Below the pieces are notes generated by a model. That model saw nothing but the letters and a program-made list of their open reading frames with translations, made no database searches and was not told the DNA's origin. The translations under genes and the position numbers were made by a program. A DNA stretch of 63,891 nucleotides, the filler included, from Candidatus Zhuqueibacterota bacterium (GTDB lineage Bacteria; BS750m-G25), in NCBI GenBank assembly GCA_016783505.1. It is 5 parts of 5 records of this genome, joined end to end, with 100 filler letters (N's around TTAATTAATTAA, not from the genome) between each part and the next. Parts side by side here need not be neighbours in the genome. Positions count along the whole stretch, not along the records: positions 9,027 to 17,944 come from JADHWK010000077.1; positions 18,045 to 26,387 come from JADHWK010000078.1; 3 more parts are not named here. The stretch is one strand, 5' to 3'. Below are positions 9,461 through 19,018 of the stretch, piece by piece. The stretch's first letter is position 1. Each line of letters starts with the position of its first letter.

Positions 9461-10264
9461 TTAGGTAACCCCATACCTAACTTTAATTTCCTTCATTTCT
9501 TCTAATAGTATAGCAAAAGTGCGTCTTTTAAAAATTTTGTCATTTTCATCCATCCCTACGATAGATGGTGTAAAAACTGTTAAAACTGGTACCCTATTTA
9601 GAGATTTATCCAATTTCCTCATTTCTTCCAAAGCTTTATTTGCCCTTTCTTGGTTATAGAAATATATGTTTTTTAGTTCAGTTTTAAAGTCATTTCTTAG
9701 AACAATTATTACATCAAAAATTGTATCAACTACCTTTGAAGCAAAATTTTTGACTTCATCACTCTTTGGGATATATCCTTGATGTATAACTTTATTTCTG
9801 AATTCAATTATTTTAGTGTCCGGTGTATATTGTATTCCTGTCTCAGAAAGATAGTACATACAGAAAGCACCCAACTGTCTTTCAGACTGTTTTTTCAAAT
9901 ACTTCCAAGCTTTATCAATTTTCTCAAGTTGTATACCTTTCTTATTTAATGCTGCGAAGATGAATAATTCATACAGTCTCTCTAAAGAACCCGCTATGCT
10001 TAAAACCGACTCAGAATGAAACCCTGCAAGGAATGCTAGAATACCTGATTCTAAAAGTATATCAAACCGATGTTTACTAAGGTATCCAATGGAAAGATGT
10101 CCACTATCACAGTGAAAAGAAGCAAAAAAATTGTCATCAATTTCAGCTATTACTTCTTGAACTAAATCAGATGAATATTTTCCAGTTTTTGGGATTAGAC
10201 CTTCTTTTATCTTTTCATTGTAACATACTGGACAGGTTACCATAATTCTCATATTTAAGGTCAA
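9461..10264 (-). CDS. Cassette protein with zinc-ribbon N-terminus and HEPN-like domain
   Basis: CPVC...CDSGH; ESVLSIAGSLE helix; RNKVIH (Rx4H); AT-rich, bounded by attC sites. Confidence 0.55.
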   Translation of the reverse strand: MTLNMRIMVTCPVCYNEKIKEGLIPKTGKYSSDLVQEVIAEIDDNFFASFHCDSGHLSIGYLSKHRFDILLESGILAFLAGFHSESVLSIAGSLERLYELFIFAALNKKGIQLEKIDKAWKYLKKQSERQLGAFCMYYLSETGIQYTPDTKIIEFRNKVIHQGYIPKSDEVKNFASKVVDTIFDVIIVLRNDFKTELKNIYFYNQERANKALEEMRKLDKSLNRVPVLTVFTPSIVGMDENDKIFKRRTFAILLEEMKEIKVRYGVT

Positions 10265-10295
10265 TAAATTATATCAGTTATAATTTTCTGGCATA

Positions 10296-10367
10296 TTCTA
10301 ACGTCTGAGCTCAGCCGCCCTTAGGGAGCGCAGCGGAGTAAGGGTCGGCTGCAGAGAGTTATTAGGC
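10296..10367 (-). mobile_element. attC site
   Basis: TTCTAAC-GTCTGAGCTCAGCCGCCCTTA...TAAGGGTCGGCTGCAGAGAGTT-ATTAGGC; overlaps stop codon of 10362..10859. Confidence 0.85.
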
Positions 10368-10859
10368 TTTATTATTCCATAGTTCCCATTCCCACTTAGC
10401 AATTGACTTCTTTCCTTTATGGCTACGAATTTTAGTTATTACGTCTTTGTATTCCTTTATTGTTTTTAAATCAGTCCACTTACGAGTATCTTTAATTTCT
10501 TTTAACACGATTCGGTCAATAGGACAATGTTTTGGCTTTTTTGCTTCATCTAAGCACCAAAGAAATTTAATGTATACATTTAATAGTTTTTGTGCAGTTC
10601 CAATTCTTAACTGGCCACCTTTTAATTTTTCTCTGTGCGTGTTAGATATTGTTTGTGACAATTGTTGTATCTTATTTATGTGACTACTTTCAGAAACAGA
10701 ATTAGTATAATTCTTTGCGATTTTCTTTAATTCTTCTTTGATGCTCTTTTTTAGTTCGGTTCGGTCTTTTTTGCTTAGATCTTCCGCGTAAACTTTTCCC
10801 CTTTGGAACGCTGCTTGGATTGTTCTTCCTATTATGATTTTTTCAATAAATTCATTCAT
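10362..10859 (-). CDS. Cassette hypothetical protein (basic, alpha-helical)
   Basis: GTAQKLLNVYIKFLW...HCPIDRIVL motif; stop lies inside attC inverse core. Confidence 0.65.
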   Translation of the reverse strand: MNEFIEKIIIGRTIQAAFQRGKVYAEDLSKKDRTELKKSIKEELKKIAKNYTNSVSESSHINKIQQLSQTISNTHREKLKGGQLRIGTAQKLLNVYIKFLWCLDEAKKPKHCPIDRIVLKEIKDTRKWTDLKTIKEYKDVITKIRSHKGKKSIAKWEWELWNNKA

Positions 10860-10868
10860 AATTTTTAT

Positions 10869-10929
10869 ACCTAATGGATTAGTTCAACTGTCCGCCGGCT
10901 GCCAGGTCAGATGCAGCGGCGGGCTGGAT
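10869..10929 (-). mobile_element. Degenerate attC site
   Basis: ACCTAAT-GGATTAGTTCAACTG...CAGATGCAGCGGCGG-GCTGGAT; both core sites mutated. Confidence 0.6.
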
Positions 10930-10937
10930 TTTGCTAA

Positions 10938-11306
10938 TTAACTCCCTGTTTTATCCTTTCGTACATTTCCATTCCAGAATTCATGATAGCTATTTCTGGT
11001 TTTCATAACATATGGCTTCCGTTGGGCAACTAATTCCTCAAGAGTCATACCATCGAATTTGAGGCCTCTCTCCTCTGTTTTAACAAAATATTGATTATCT
11101 GCAACATTACAGAACATACAAGCAGTAACAATATAATCCGGATCGTCTCGTTTGGGATGCCCTTTTGGCAAAAGATGATCCCATGAAAGACTCAACCATG
11201 ATGAGAATGATTCTGATCCATCTAGTCCGCAATAGATACATTTAAAGCCATCGCGTTTATGAATATAATAAGCATAACCACGTAATGCATCGTTAAACTT
11301 GGCCAT
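10938..11306 (-). CDS. HNH endonuclease (cassette)
   Basis: RDGFKCIYCG...DHLLPK...ACMFCN; RBS AGGAG. Confidence 0.85.
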   Translation of the reverse strand: MAKFNDALRGYAYYIHKRDGFKCIYCGLDGSESFSSWLSLSWDHLLPKGHPKRDDPDYIVTACMFCNVADNQYFVKTEERGLKFDGMTLEELVAQRKPYVMKTRNSYHEFWNGNVRKDKTGS

Positions 11307-11334
11307 ATCTCATCTCCTACTTTATTAAACATAA

Positions 11335-11395
11335 ATCTAACGATTTGCATAACCGGCGCGGCGAAGCCGAGTCCGAGTTGATGCCCTGGTTAGGT
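11335..11395 (-). mobile_element. attC site (61 bp, classical 59-be size)
   Basis: ATCTAAC-GATTTGCATAACCGGCGCGGCGAAGCCGAGTCCGAGTTGATGCCCTG-GTTAGGT. Confidence 0.9.
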
Positions 11396-11832
11396 CACCT
11401 CATTTCTAACCATGATTTTCCTGACCACTTTAATTGTGCACCACAATTATTTGTACATGATGCTATTGTGGGGTTTTCTTGATTGTTGACTATAAAACCT
11501 AAATTACACCAATGACATTTTCTATAAATGGAAGGGATATAATCTGGGTTTTCTTTTAGTAGATTAAAACCTACTGGATGAGATGTTTCTGTGTCTTTAG
11601 TAATCCTTTGTATATTTTCGATCATAAATTTCTTCGATTCTTTAGATAAATTACCAGGTAACTTGACTATTAAATTATTAATTCTCCTAAGTTGCTCTAA
11701 CAGCATATTAATAGAGTCCTTTTGGTCGTTTAGAGAACGATGATAATAATATTTAGTAATAGCCCAACCAGCTATACTACCGACAATTAAAGTAAGCAAT
11801 GTAAGCATTATTTCCATAAAGATGATGTTCAA
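11395..11832 (-). CDS. Cassette hypothetical membrane protein with C-terminal Cys cluster
   Basis: N-terminal TM helix; CHWC...CTNNC; between attC sites. Confidence 0.6.
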   Translation of the reverse strand: MNIIFMEIMLTLLTLIVGSIAGWAITKYYYHRSLNDQKDSINMLLEQLRRINNLIVKLPGNLSKESKKFMIENIQRITKDTETSHPVGFNLLKENPDYIPSIYRKCHWCNLGFIVNNQENPTIASCTNNCGAQLKWSGKSWLEMR

Positions 11833-11850
11833 ATAATCCCGTTAATTATA

Positions 11851-11983
11851 GCCTAACGGCCATATTTGAGCAGCCGCCAGAATTATACAAATTACTCCTG
11901 TTAGTTCGCCAAACTTTTATAAGACCACAAAATTCAAATATTTTACTAACTTGAGGCGGTCTGTCTCGAAATAATTGTTATAC
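11851..11983 (-). mobile_element. attC site
   Basis: GCCTAAC-GGCCATATTTGAGCAGCCGCC...GGCGGTCTGTCTCGAAATAATT-GTTATAC. Confidence 0.88.
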
Positions 11984-12039
11984 GCAACTTCTTGGATGCC
12001 TCGCGGTATATCTGCCATTACTTCTGCTTACTCCATAGC

Positions 12040-12528
12040 TCAATTGTTTGTATTAAAAATATGGTGAGTTACTTTCCAAGAACCCGCCTCTTTGCGAAGG
12101 ATGTCTATGTACTTCCGATCCAACTTAATAGACTCACCTCCACTTTTTGGCATAATGGTCGCTATACCGCTGTACCTGTGGAAGGCCCAATCACCCAAAA
12201 CTTGGATTTCATTCGACTGCCATGGGTTAAACTGGAATTTGTAGTTCTCAAAAAAGTCGGTTATGAAAGACTGGATCTTAGCCGTGCCCACAACCGCTGG
12301 TTGGCCAGAGTACATCATTACGGCTTCTTCTGATAAATGGTTCATATAACCTTCTACATCCCCTGACTCAGCTACCACGATAAGACCTATGAATACTGCC
12401 ATTACGGCCTCTCGCTCGGCCTCTACATCGATAGAGCTTTTCTTAGAGACCTGACCACAGGCCATAATGATTATGAGGACCAACATCAAGCCCAACTGAC
12501 TGGAAGCTTTCATTGGATTTTCCTCCAT
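12040..12528 (-). CDS. SnoaL/NTF2-like (DUF4440) lipoprotein (cassette)
   Basis: Lipobox IMAC; GDWAF, KYIDILRKE.GSWKV. Confidence 0.8.
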   Translation of the reverse strand: MEENPMKASSQLGLMLVLIIIMACGQVSKKSSIDVEAEREAVMAVFIGLIVVAESGDVEGYMNHLSEEAVMMYSGQPAVVGTAKIQSFITDFFENYKFQFNPWQSNEIQVLGDWAFHRYSGIATIMPKSGGESIKLDRKYIDILRKEAGSWKVTHHIFNTNN

Positions 12529-12532
12529 TTTA

Positions 12533-12603
12533 TTGCGTATAACATGGTTTTATACCGCACCATGTTATGACACCACTCACTGCGGTATAACACTGCTCCT
12601 TAC
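12533..12603 (-). mobile_element. First recombination site of the array (degenerate attC or attI-like)
   Basis: TTGCGTATAAC perfectly complements GTTATACGCAA at 11977; inner inverted repeat TTATACCGCA/TGCGGTATAA. Confidence 0.6.
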
Positions 12604-12703
12604 TGATGAACTTCTATTGAAAAAGCTTTTCTCGTCTCCGCCTAAAATCTCCGGCATTTGCAGGACAATATACTTGGATAATTTTTTGGATTGTTACATT
12701 CAC

Positions 12704-12732
12704 AAAATAAAAATATCCAATGTAAATGTCAA
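12704..12732 (-). promoter_or_regulatory. Sigma70-type promoter facing the cassette array (Pc-like)
   Basis: Minus strand TTGACA-17 bp-TATTTT. Confidence 0.55.
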
Positions 12733-12793
12733 GAGAAAAATAAAAATGTATGATAATATTTTATCATTCCTCAACATCTTAACCCCGCCGCCA

Positions 12794-13501
12794 TCAGTTT
12801 ATCCCCCTCATAAAGTTGGGAGAACCATCAAAAGAAATATGACCATTCTTTATCACAATCACCCTTTGGGCTAAACGGGCCACCATTTCCAGATCTTGTG
12901 ATATCAACAGAATGGTCCTTTGATCGGTATGATATTTTCTCAAAATCCCCTCGATTTTCTTCGTCCCCCCCCAATCCAGTCCCACCGTTGGTTCATCCAG
13001 GATCAAAAGTTCAGGTTCCATCACCAGAATACTGGCCAGGGCCACCCGGCGCTGTTCCCCGTAGCTTAGGGTGAAACAGGACCGCCGGACAAAGGAAACA
13101 AAGTCCAGTCCCACCATTTCCAGAGCGCGACGGATTTTTAAGTCCAGTTCACGATCATTCAAGCCGAAGTTCCGGGGTCCGAAGGCCACCTCGTCGTAAA
13201 CGGAACCGGCGAAGAACTGGCTCTCCGGGAACTGGAAAGCAAGACCGATCCGGCGGCGAACATCCAAGATGTCCGCTTCCTTCCCGGCAATATTGATCCC
13301 ATCCACCTTAACCACACCTTTCTGGGGTGTTAAAAGCCCGTTGAAGAGTTTCACCAGGGTGGTTTTCCCCGCCCCGCTGCGGCCCACCAGCCCCACGAAT
13401 TGTCCCCCCTCAATGGTCAGGCTGATCCCGTTCAGCACCGGATGCTCCCCTCCCCCAAAATCCGTATAAGCGAAATGAACGTCCTTAAGTTCTACTTTCA
13501 T
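12794..13501 (-). CDS. ecfA2: ECF transporter ATPase EcfA2 (C-terminus appears short)
   Basis: GRSGAGKT, FQFPESQFF, LSYGEQRR, LDEPT. Confidence 0.8.
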   Translation of the reverse strand: MKVELKDVHFAYTDFGGGEHPVLNGISLTIEGGQFVGLVGRSGAGKTTLVKLFNGLLTPQKGVVKVDGINIAGKEADILDVRRRIGLAFQFPESQFFAGSVYDEVAFGPRNFGLNDRELDLKIRRALEMVGLDFVSFVRRSCFTLSYGEQRRVALASILVMEPELLILDEPTVGLDWGGTKKIEGILRKYHTDQRTILLISQDLEMVARLAQRVIVIKNGHISFDGSPNFMRGIN

Positions 13502-13735
13502 CTTACTGATTCTCTATAATAAACCCCAGGACAAAAGGGGAGCTAATCCTCCTGTTTCTCTATATTAATTAAAACCGGTTGAGTTTAACCCAAAATTCAC
13601 TAGGGCGAAGGTGTCTCACCGAAGCCCCAAACTTTTATAACTCCACCGGCCTTCGGGCAAGAATGGCCTTCAAATGTTGAACATTTCCAATATTCGTTAT
13701 CACATTTCACACTTCGCACTTCACATTTCGCACTT

Positions 13736-14452
13736 TCATCCAGAAGGTACCCCAATTCCCCACTCCTTTAGTTGGGTTGAATGGTTAAACACCTTGCTGG
13801 GTTGATCGTCATAGGCGATCTTTCCCCGATGGAGAATCAGGAGGCGATCGGCAATAAGGGCTTCATCAGGATAGGGGGTGATAAAAAGGATGGCCATTTT
13901 CCCCTTCATTGAGAGCATAAATTTTAAAAAATCGTCCCGGTCCTGGGGGTCTAATAAGGTAGTGGGTTCGTCAAAGATTAACCCCGTTGGTTCCATGACC
14001 AGAACAGAGGCTAGGGAGAGCCGGCGCTTTTCCCCCCCGGAGAGCTGGCTGGGGGAACGGTGACGATGGTCTAACAACTGATAAGCGGATAGATGTTGTT
14101 CCACCTTTTCCCGCAATTTCACTGGCTCCACGCCCCTATTTTCCAGCCCAAAGGCGATCTCCTGCTCTACTGTCGGGGCTACAAATTGATGGTCGGGGTT
14201 CTGAAAGACCAGCCCTAACGACCCTTCGGGTTCCCTGGAGGGATCCACTAGATTACCGTTAATAAAAATCCTGCCGGACAGCGGGGTTAACAGACCCTTC
14301 AGCAGCAAAGACAGGGTGGTTTTCCCTGACCCGTTGGCCCCCATCAGGGCCACCCATTCATCTCCCCCAATATTGAATGAAAGCCCATCCAGAACCCGAA
14401 TTTTTATCCCGTCCGTTTTATATTCAAAAATGAGGTCGTGAACGGCAATCAT
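13736..14452 (-). CDS. ecfA1: ECF transporter ATPase EcfA1
   Basis: GANGSGKT, FQNPDHQFV, LSGGEKRR, FDEPT. Confidence 0.82.
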   Translation of the reverse strand: MIAVHDLIFEYKTDGIKIRVLDGLSFNIGGDEWVALMGANGSGKTTLSLLLKGLLTPLSGRIFINGNLVDPSREPEGSLGLVFQNPDHQFVAPTVEQEIAFGLENRGVEPVKLREKVEQHLSAYQLLDHRHRSPSQLSGGEKRRLSLASVLVMEPTGLIFDEPTTLLDPQDRDDFLKFMLSMKGKMAILFITPYPDEALIADRLLILHRGKIAYDDQPSKVFNHSTQLKEWGIGVPSG

Positions 14453-14766
14453 ATATCTATCTTTTATATTCTAACGTCTCGTCCCGAATATTCGGGATAA
14501 GAACTGACTTCAACGAAAATGGGGTGATGGAATAATGGAATAATGTATACAACATTCCATCACTCTATCTCACGTCTGCCATCTTAAACTTCCTATCTAT
14601 GAATCTTCCCGAGTCAGTATGGGTAGATATATTTATATGAATTATTTTATAATTTTATTGACCCCATATGAAGGGATGATTACCACAAAGTTTATACTTC
14701 ATCCTATTTACAAGTCCTCCATATTAAGGGGGGATTTAGGGGGGTGTTAAAACATACTGGATGCTA

Positions 14767-15150
14767 TTAAAGCGTTATCCTTCCTTCTTTTTCCTCCCTC
14801 TCAATCCAATCCCCAATAACTGCTATCACACCTTCTATATTGTTCTTTATATCAGAATCATAAAACCTTAAGAATTCTATGTCTTGTTTTTCGATTTCCC
14901 TCTGTCGTATCTTATCCCCTTTGAACTTGTCTTTATGGCTGATGCCATCAATTTCAATCGCCAAACGGAGTCTGCTGCAATAGAAATCCCCCCATGTAAT
15001 TCCCAATAGGTTTTTGCCGGGTGAATTTATAGCCTTCTATCTGTCCTCCTTTGATCTGCATCCAAAGTAGAACTTCATATAAAGTGCCTTTCCTACGCAA
15101 TTTTCTTGAGAGTGCTTTGAGTTTTGGTTGTAATAAATTTTCTTTAACAT
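14767..15150 (-). pseudogene. DUF559/Vsr-like endonuclease, frameshifted
   Basis: KLKALSRKLR...EVLLW...FTRQKPIGNY in one frame; DFYC..LRLAIEIDG.SH...FLRF in another; flanked by CCCCCT/AGGGGG hairpins. Confidence 0.8.
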
Positions 15151-15159
15151 GTCTTAAAC

Positions 15160-15230
15160 ACCCCTCTTTTATTCCCCCCTTCTTAGGGGGGACTACCCCC
15201 CCTTTGTTCCCCCCTTTATATGGGGGGATG
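15160..15230. repeat. REP-like C/G-tract hairpins next to the DUF559 gene (related copies ~14715-14746, 31631-31720)
   Basis: CCCCCCTTCTTAGGGGGG and CCCCCTTTATATGGGGGG. Confidence 0.6.
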
Positions 15231-15404
15231 ACCACCTTACTTTTCTCCGTCCATGAATATGAAATCTTCAAATCTCATTAAGATGAAAGAACTTTTGGAA
15301 CCTTCGAGTACAGTTATCGAATATTTGATTACCCCCTCCAAATCCGGGATGACCTTATCTATTTTCATGCCTTAGTGTCTTTGTGGCTGGACTATTATGG
15401 TTTT

Positions 15405-16712
15405 TCAATGTATTTGAATGTTCCGGATCAGAAAATCGCATACCCTCTGAGTAGCCCCCAGATTTTCCATTACCAACCGTTTAGCTTCCTCACCAGCGCG
15501 ATGCAGTCGTTCCCTATCCGATAAAAAAGAACTGAATAATTGATAAAAATCCTCTTGCGTATGCACCATAAACCCGCCCCCACAGGCCATCAGCGTTTGC
15601 GCCTCCGGGGAAACGTGGATCCTGGGACCGAAAAGGACGGGTATGCCGTAGACAGCCGCCTCCAGAACGTTGTGCAACCCGGCACCAAACCCCCCCCCCA
15701 CATAAGCGATTTCACCGAGCCGGTAGATCTCGGCAAGGATACCCATCCTGTCTATCAAAATAATCTTTTCATCGCCCAGAGCCTTCCCATCCAGCCATCG
15801 GCTGTAATGAATGAGTGACAGGTGATGGGAACGGCACAGGCTTTCGATTTCGGCGAGGATGGGGTCGGAGGGCTCATGGGGAACCAGGATAAGCAGCAGA
15901 TGGTTCTCTTCAGCGGATAATCTCGCAAATGCGGGAAGAAGGCGACAATGACAGGGGGGCCAGGTGCTGCCAGCGACGATGACCCTTTTCCCTTTAAGCT
16001 CCCGGCCTAACTTTTCAATTTCATCCTTAGAACAAAGCGACCGTTCGGACACCCGGTCATACCGGGAATCCCCAAACACCTGAATATTGGTGCGTTCCCC
16101 CAGCACAGCCCTGAAGCGCCGGCCTTCTTCCTGGGTAGCTGGAAGAATAAAGTCAAAGCTGCCGAATATGCTTCGGGTGAAGCTTCGGATCATGGGATGA
16201 AACCAGGGGGATTTGGCGGGGAAGGCGGCGTTCAAAAGCACCGTCCACACCCCCCTTGCCCGGGCCTGCCAGAGGTGATTGGGCCAGACGTCATGCTTGG
16301 TAATGATCATCGCCGTGGGATTGACTATGTCTAAAAATCTTCTGGCATTCCTGATCGAATCAAACGGGAGATAGCAGACCACATCAGCCCCCTGATAATC
16401 CTGGATATTGGAAAAGACCGAGGGGGAGAAACAGGTGAGAGCAATATTGGGACGGGGTGATTTTTGACTCAAGAGATCTATAACCGGCTTCACTTGCTCG
16501 AACTCACCGGTAGAGGCACAATGAAACCAGAGAGTAGGTCGGGTCGGGTCTGTCCCTGACATATCTTCCCTAAGCCGGGGAAAAAGTCCCCTTCTTCCCC
16601 TAACTCCATTACGGATCTTTCCCACCAAGGGGCTCAATATCCAAAAGCCACAATAAAGTAAGGGGATGACTATCACATTATAAAATATTTTCCAGAGATT
16701 ATCCATACCCAC
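15405..16712 (-). CDS. waaA: Kdo transferase
   Basis: WFHCASTGE, YLPFD, GDSRYD, AGSTW, VPHEP, AYVGGGF, HNVLEAA..G.PVLFGP. Confidence 0.92.
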   Translation of the reverse strand: MGMDNLWKIFYNVIVIPLLYCGFWILSPLVGKIRNGVRGRRGLFPRLREDMSGTDPTRPTLWFHCASTGEFEQVKPVIDLLSQKSPRPNIALTCFSPSVFSNIQDYQGADVVCYLPFDSIRNARRFLDIVNPTAMIITKHDVWPNHLWQARARGVWTVLLNAAFPAKSPWFHPMIRSFTRSIFGSFDFILPATQEEGRRFRAVLGERTNIQVFGDSRYDRVSERSLCSKDEIEKLGRELKGKRVIVAGSTWPPCHCRLLPAFARLSAEENHLLLILVPHEPSDPILAEIESLCRSHHLSLIHYSRWLDGKALGDEKIILIDRMGILAEIYRLGEIAYVGGGFGAGLHNVLEAAVYGIPVLFGPRIHVSPEAQTLMACGGGFMVHTQEDFYQLFSSFLSDRERLHRAGEEAKRLVMENLGATQRVCDFLIRNIQIH

Positions 16713-16873
16713 CTATGATCAGTACATCACAATCAGTCAAGACTATGTCGAATTGTCTGAATTTCAAAAAGTTCCCCGAAACTTCGGGGCCTAAATTTCA
16801 AAAAAATTATTTCAAAGGAGCTCCTTATTGTAAAAATTTCTGAGATTTTTGAACTTATGGCAATTTTAGAAAT

Positions 16874-17935
16874 TTAACCCTTTCTATTATCATTTTGATC
16901 TACCAATGATATAATATCTCGAACTGCAGCCAACCCCTCCTCTGCGGAAATGTCCGCCATGCATCGAAAATGCCCCCGGGGACAGCGGGTTGATCCCAGA
17001 TGGGAACAGGGCCGGCAGGGGAGATCTTTTTGGAGAACCACACTCCGGATGCGGAAGGGGAAGAAACCAAACTCCTCTACCGTGGGACCGAAAAGGGCCA
17101 CCACCGGTTTCTTTAGGGCGGCGGCCATATGCATGATGCCGTTATCGTTGGTAACCAACAGGGTGCATTTTTCTACCAGGGCCCCGGTTTCCAAAAGATC
17201 TAATTTCCCGGATAGATTCATGGCACTATTCCCGATGGCAACGGCAATCCATTCACAAAGGCCCCGTTCTTTCTCATTTCCAAACAGGATCAGGTTGGCA
17301 TGATAATCTTTAATCAACCTTTTTCCCAGCCAGGTAAATCTTTCTTTGGGCCAGCGCTTGGTGGGATGACCAGCCCCGGGGGCCATTCCAATCAAGGGAT
17401 CACCCGGGTTTAAGCCACCCTTTATGAGCTCCACCTCCGCCCTTTCCCGGCTCTCCTGGGGGATGAAGAATTCTAACCCCAGACCGTCATCCTCGACCCC
17501 AAAAGCCCTCACCGCCCTGATGTAAATTAATGGTATGGAGGGGGAACTTCTGTAAAGGTTCAAACCAAAGGCCACCAATAGGAAGCGTCGCCACAACCCT
17601 TTGTGACTCTTGACTACCAGCCCGGCTCCGGAAAAATGCCGCAGGTAAACGGTGCGTAAATTTTTATGAATGTCCACCACCAGGTCATATTCCCTGTCCC
17701 TGATCGCCCGTTTTATCTCCTTTAGTCCATGCCAACCCGTTCGGGGTTCATAGGAATAGATATGATTGAGGCGAGGATTGTGACGTATTAATGGCTCAAA
17801 CTGGTTTTTCACCACGAAATCTATTTCGGCACCGGAAAACCTTTGCCTGAGCACCCTCAACAGGGGGCTAGTCAATAAAATGTCCCCTATGGAACTTAAG
17901 CGAAGAATCAGAATTTTTTTGGGTGCTGTTACCAT
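16874..17935 (-). CDS. waaF: LPS heptosyltransferase II (GT9)
   Basis: RLSSIGDILL, PGAGHPTKRWP, NDNGIMHMAAA, LFGPT, CRPCS. Confidence 0.85.
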   Translation of the reverse strand: MVTAPKKILILRLSSIGDILLTSPLLRVLRQRFSGAEIDFVVKNQFEPLIRHNPRLNHIYSYEPRTGWHGLKEIKRAIRDREYDLVVDIHKNLRTVYLRHFSGAGLVVKSHKGLWRRFLLVAFGLNLYRSSPSIPLIYIRAVRAFGVEDDGLGLEFFIPQESRERAEVELIKGGLNPGDPLIGMAPGAGHPTKRWPKERFTWLGKRLIKDYHANLILFGNEKERGLCEWIAVAIGNSAMNLSGKLDLLETGALVEKCTLLVTNDNGIMHMAAALKKPVVALFGPTVEEFGFFPFRIRSVVLQKDLPCRPCSHLGSTRCPRGHFRCMADISAEEGLAAVRDIISLVDQNDNRKG

Positions 17936-17944
17936 AATAAATAT

Positions 17945-18044
17945 NNNNNNNNNNNNNNNNNNNNNNNNNNNNNNNNNNNNNNNNNNNNTTAATTAATTAA
18001 NNNNNNNNNNNNNNNNNNNNNNNNNNNNNNNNNNNNNNNNNNNN
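17945..18044. other. Artificial contig linker
   Basis: N-run, TTAATTAATTAA, N-run. Confidence 0.99.
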
Positions 18045-18155
18045 GTGATCTTCGGAGAGGCGCTGGCCAAATTCGTCCCCGAATTTTATCTTAAAAAGGC
18101 GGTGGCTTTGATTTTCATCGGCGTCGGGATCATTATTTTTCTGGGGAAATATTGA
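18045..18155 (+). CDS. C-terminal fragment of TMEM165/GDT1 (UPF0016) membrane protein
   Basis: Hand translation VIFGEALAKFVPEFYLKKAVALIFIGVGIIIFLGKY*. Confidence 0.55.
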   Translation: MIFGEALAKFVPEFYLKKAVALIFIGVGIIIFLGKY

Positions 18156-18307
18156 TCAATACCAGAGAACAGCCTAAGCTGACAGGAATAACGGTAAAAA
18201 GGGATAAATGATTTAGGAGTTACCGCTTCAGCGGTTTATATAAACCCGTCCATACGGATCCGTCTGGATAAACGGGTAACTCCGAAGGGTCTAAAAGGAG
18301 AAAACTA

Positions 18308-18952
18308 ATGGAGGAGAAGTTTCCCAAAAAGAGGTTGTACAAATCCCGAAAGGACCGTATCATTGATGGGGTGTGCGGCGGGGTGGCCGAGTATTTCGGT
18401 GTTGATACTACCTTAGTCAGGGTATTATGGGCCCTGTCCGTCTTTTTCGGCGGCGCTGGAGTAGTGGCTTATTTAGTAGCTATGATCATTGTCCCCACGA
18501 ATCCGGAAGATACGGCAGATGAAAAACCTCCCAGAACAAAACAGGACCACCGTATGTTGTGGGGCATTATATTGATCGTCATAGGCTTGTGGTTTTTAGC
18601 TCAGAACCTCCATATCTTTCCCTTCTTCATTATTCCCTGGGGCATCCTATGGCCGGTCGCTATCGTCATCTTCGGCATTTTCCTCATTCTTTATGGTGTT
18701 TCCCGGCGGCGGGAGCCTGTTCATAAAGACATCGAATCGGGGATTCCCAGACGCCGATTTTTCCGTTCCGCCGATGATCGGATGATCTTCGGGGTGTGCG
18801 GGGGTCTGGCTAAAACCTTCAACGTGGACCCCACTCTGGTGAGGCTGGCCTGGGTCATCGGAACGCTGGTCTCGGTGGGGATCGGGGTACTGGCCTATCT
18901 GATCATGGGGCTGGTGGTGCCGGTGGAAGCCGAAAGAACCAATCATGAATGA
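18308..18952 (+). CDS. pspC: PspC-domain membrane protein (two PspC domains flanking TM helices)
   Basis: LYKSRKDRIIDGVCGGVAEYFGVD.TLVR and FRSADDRMIFGVCGGLA..FNVDPTLVR. Confidence 0.88.
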   Translation: MEEKFPKKRLYKSRKDRIIDGVCGGVAEYFGVDTTLVRVLWALSVFFGGAGVVAYLVAMIIVPTNPEDTADEKPPRTKQDHRMLWGIILIVIGLWFLAQNLHIFPFFIIPWGILWPVAIVIFGIFLILYGVSRRREPVHKDIESGIPRRRFFRSADDRMIFGVCGGLAKTFNVDPTLVRLAWVIGTLVSVGIGVLAYLIMGLVVPVEAERTNHE

Positions 18953-19018
18953 TGCGTTTCCTGGGTTGGTGTGGATAAGCATAGTTGATTTGCTGTTGCA
19001 TAATAAAGGATAAATTCC

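Noticed and set aside
12533-12874. Plus-strand ORF as an integron integrase remnant
   Set aside because: No tyrosine-recombinase motifs; it overlaps the att site, promoter and ecfA2 end
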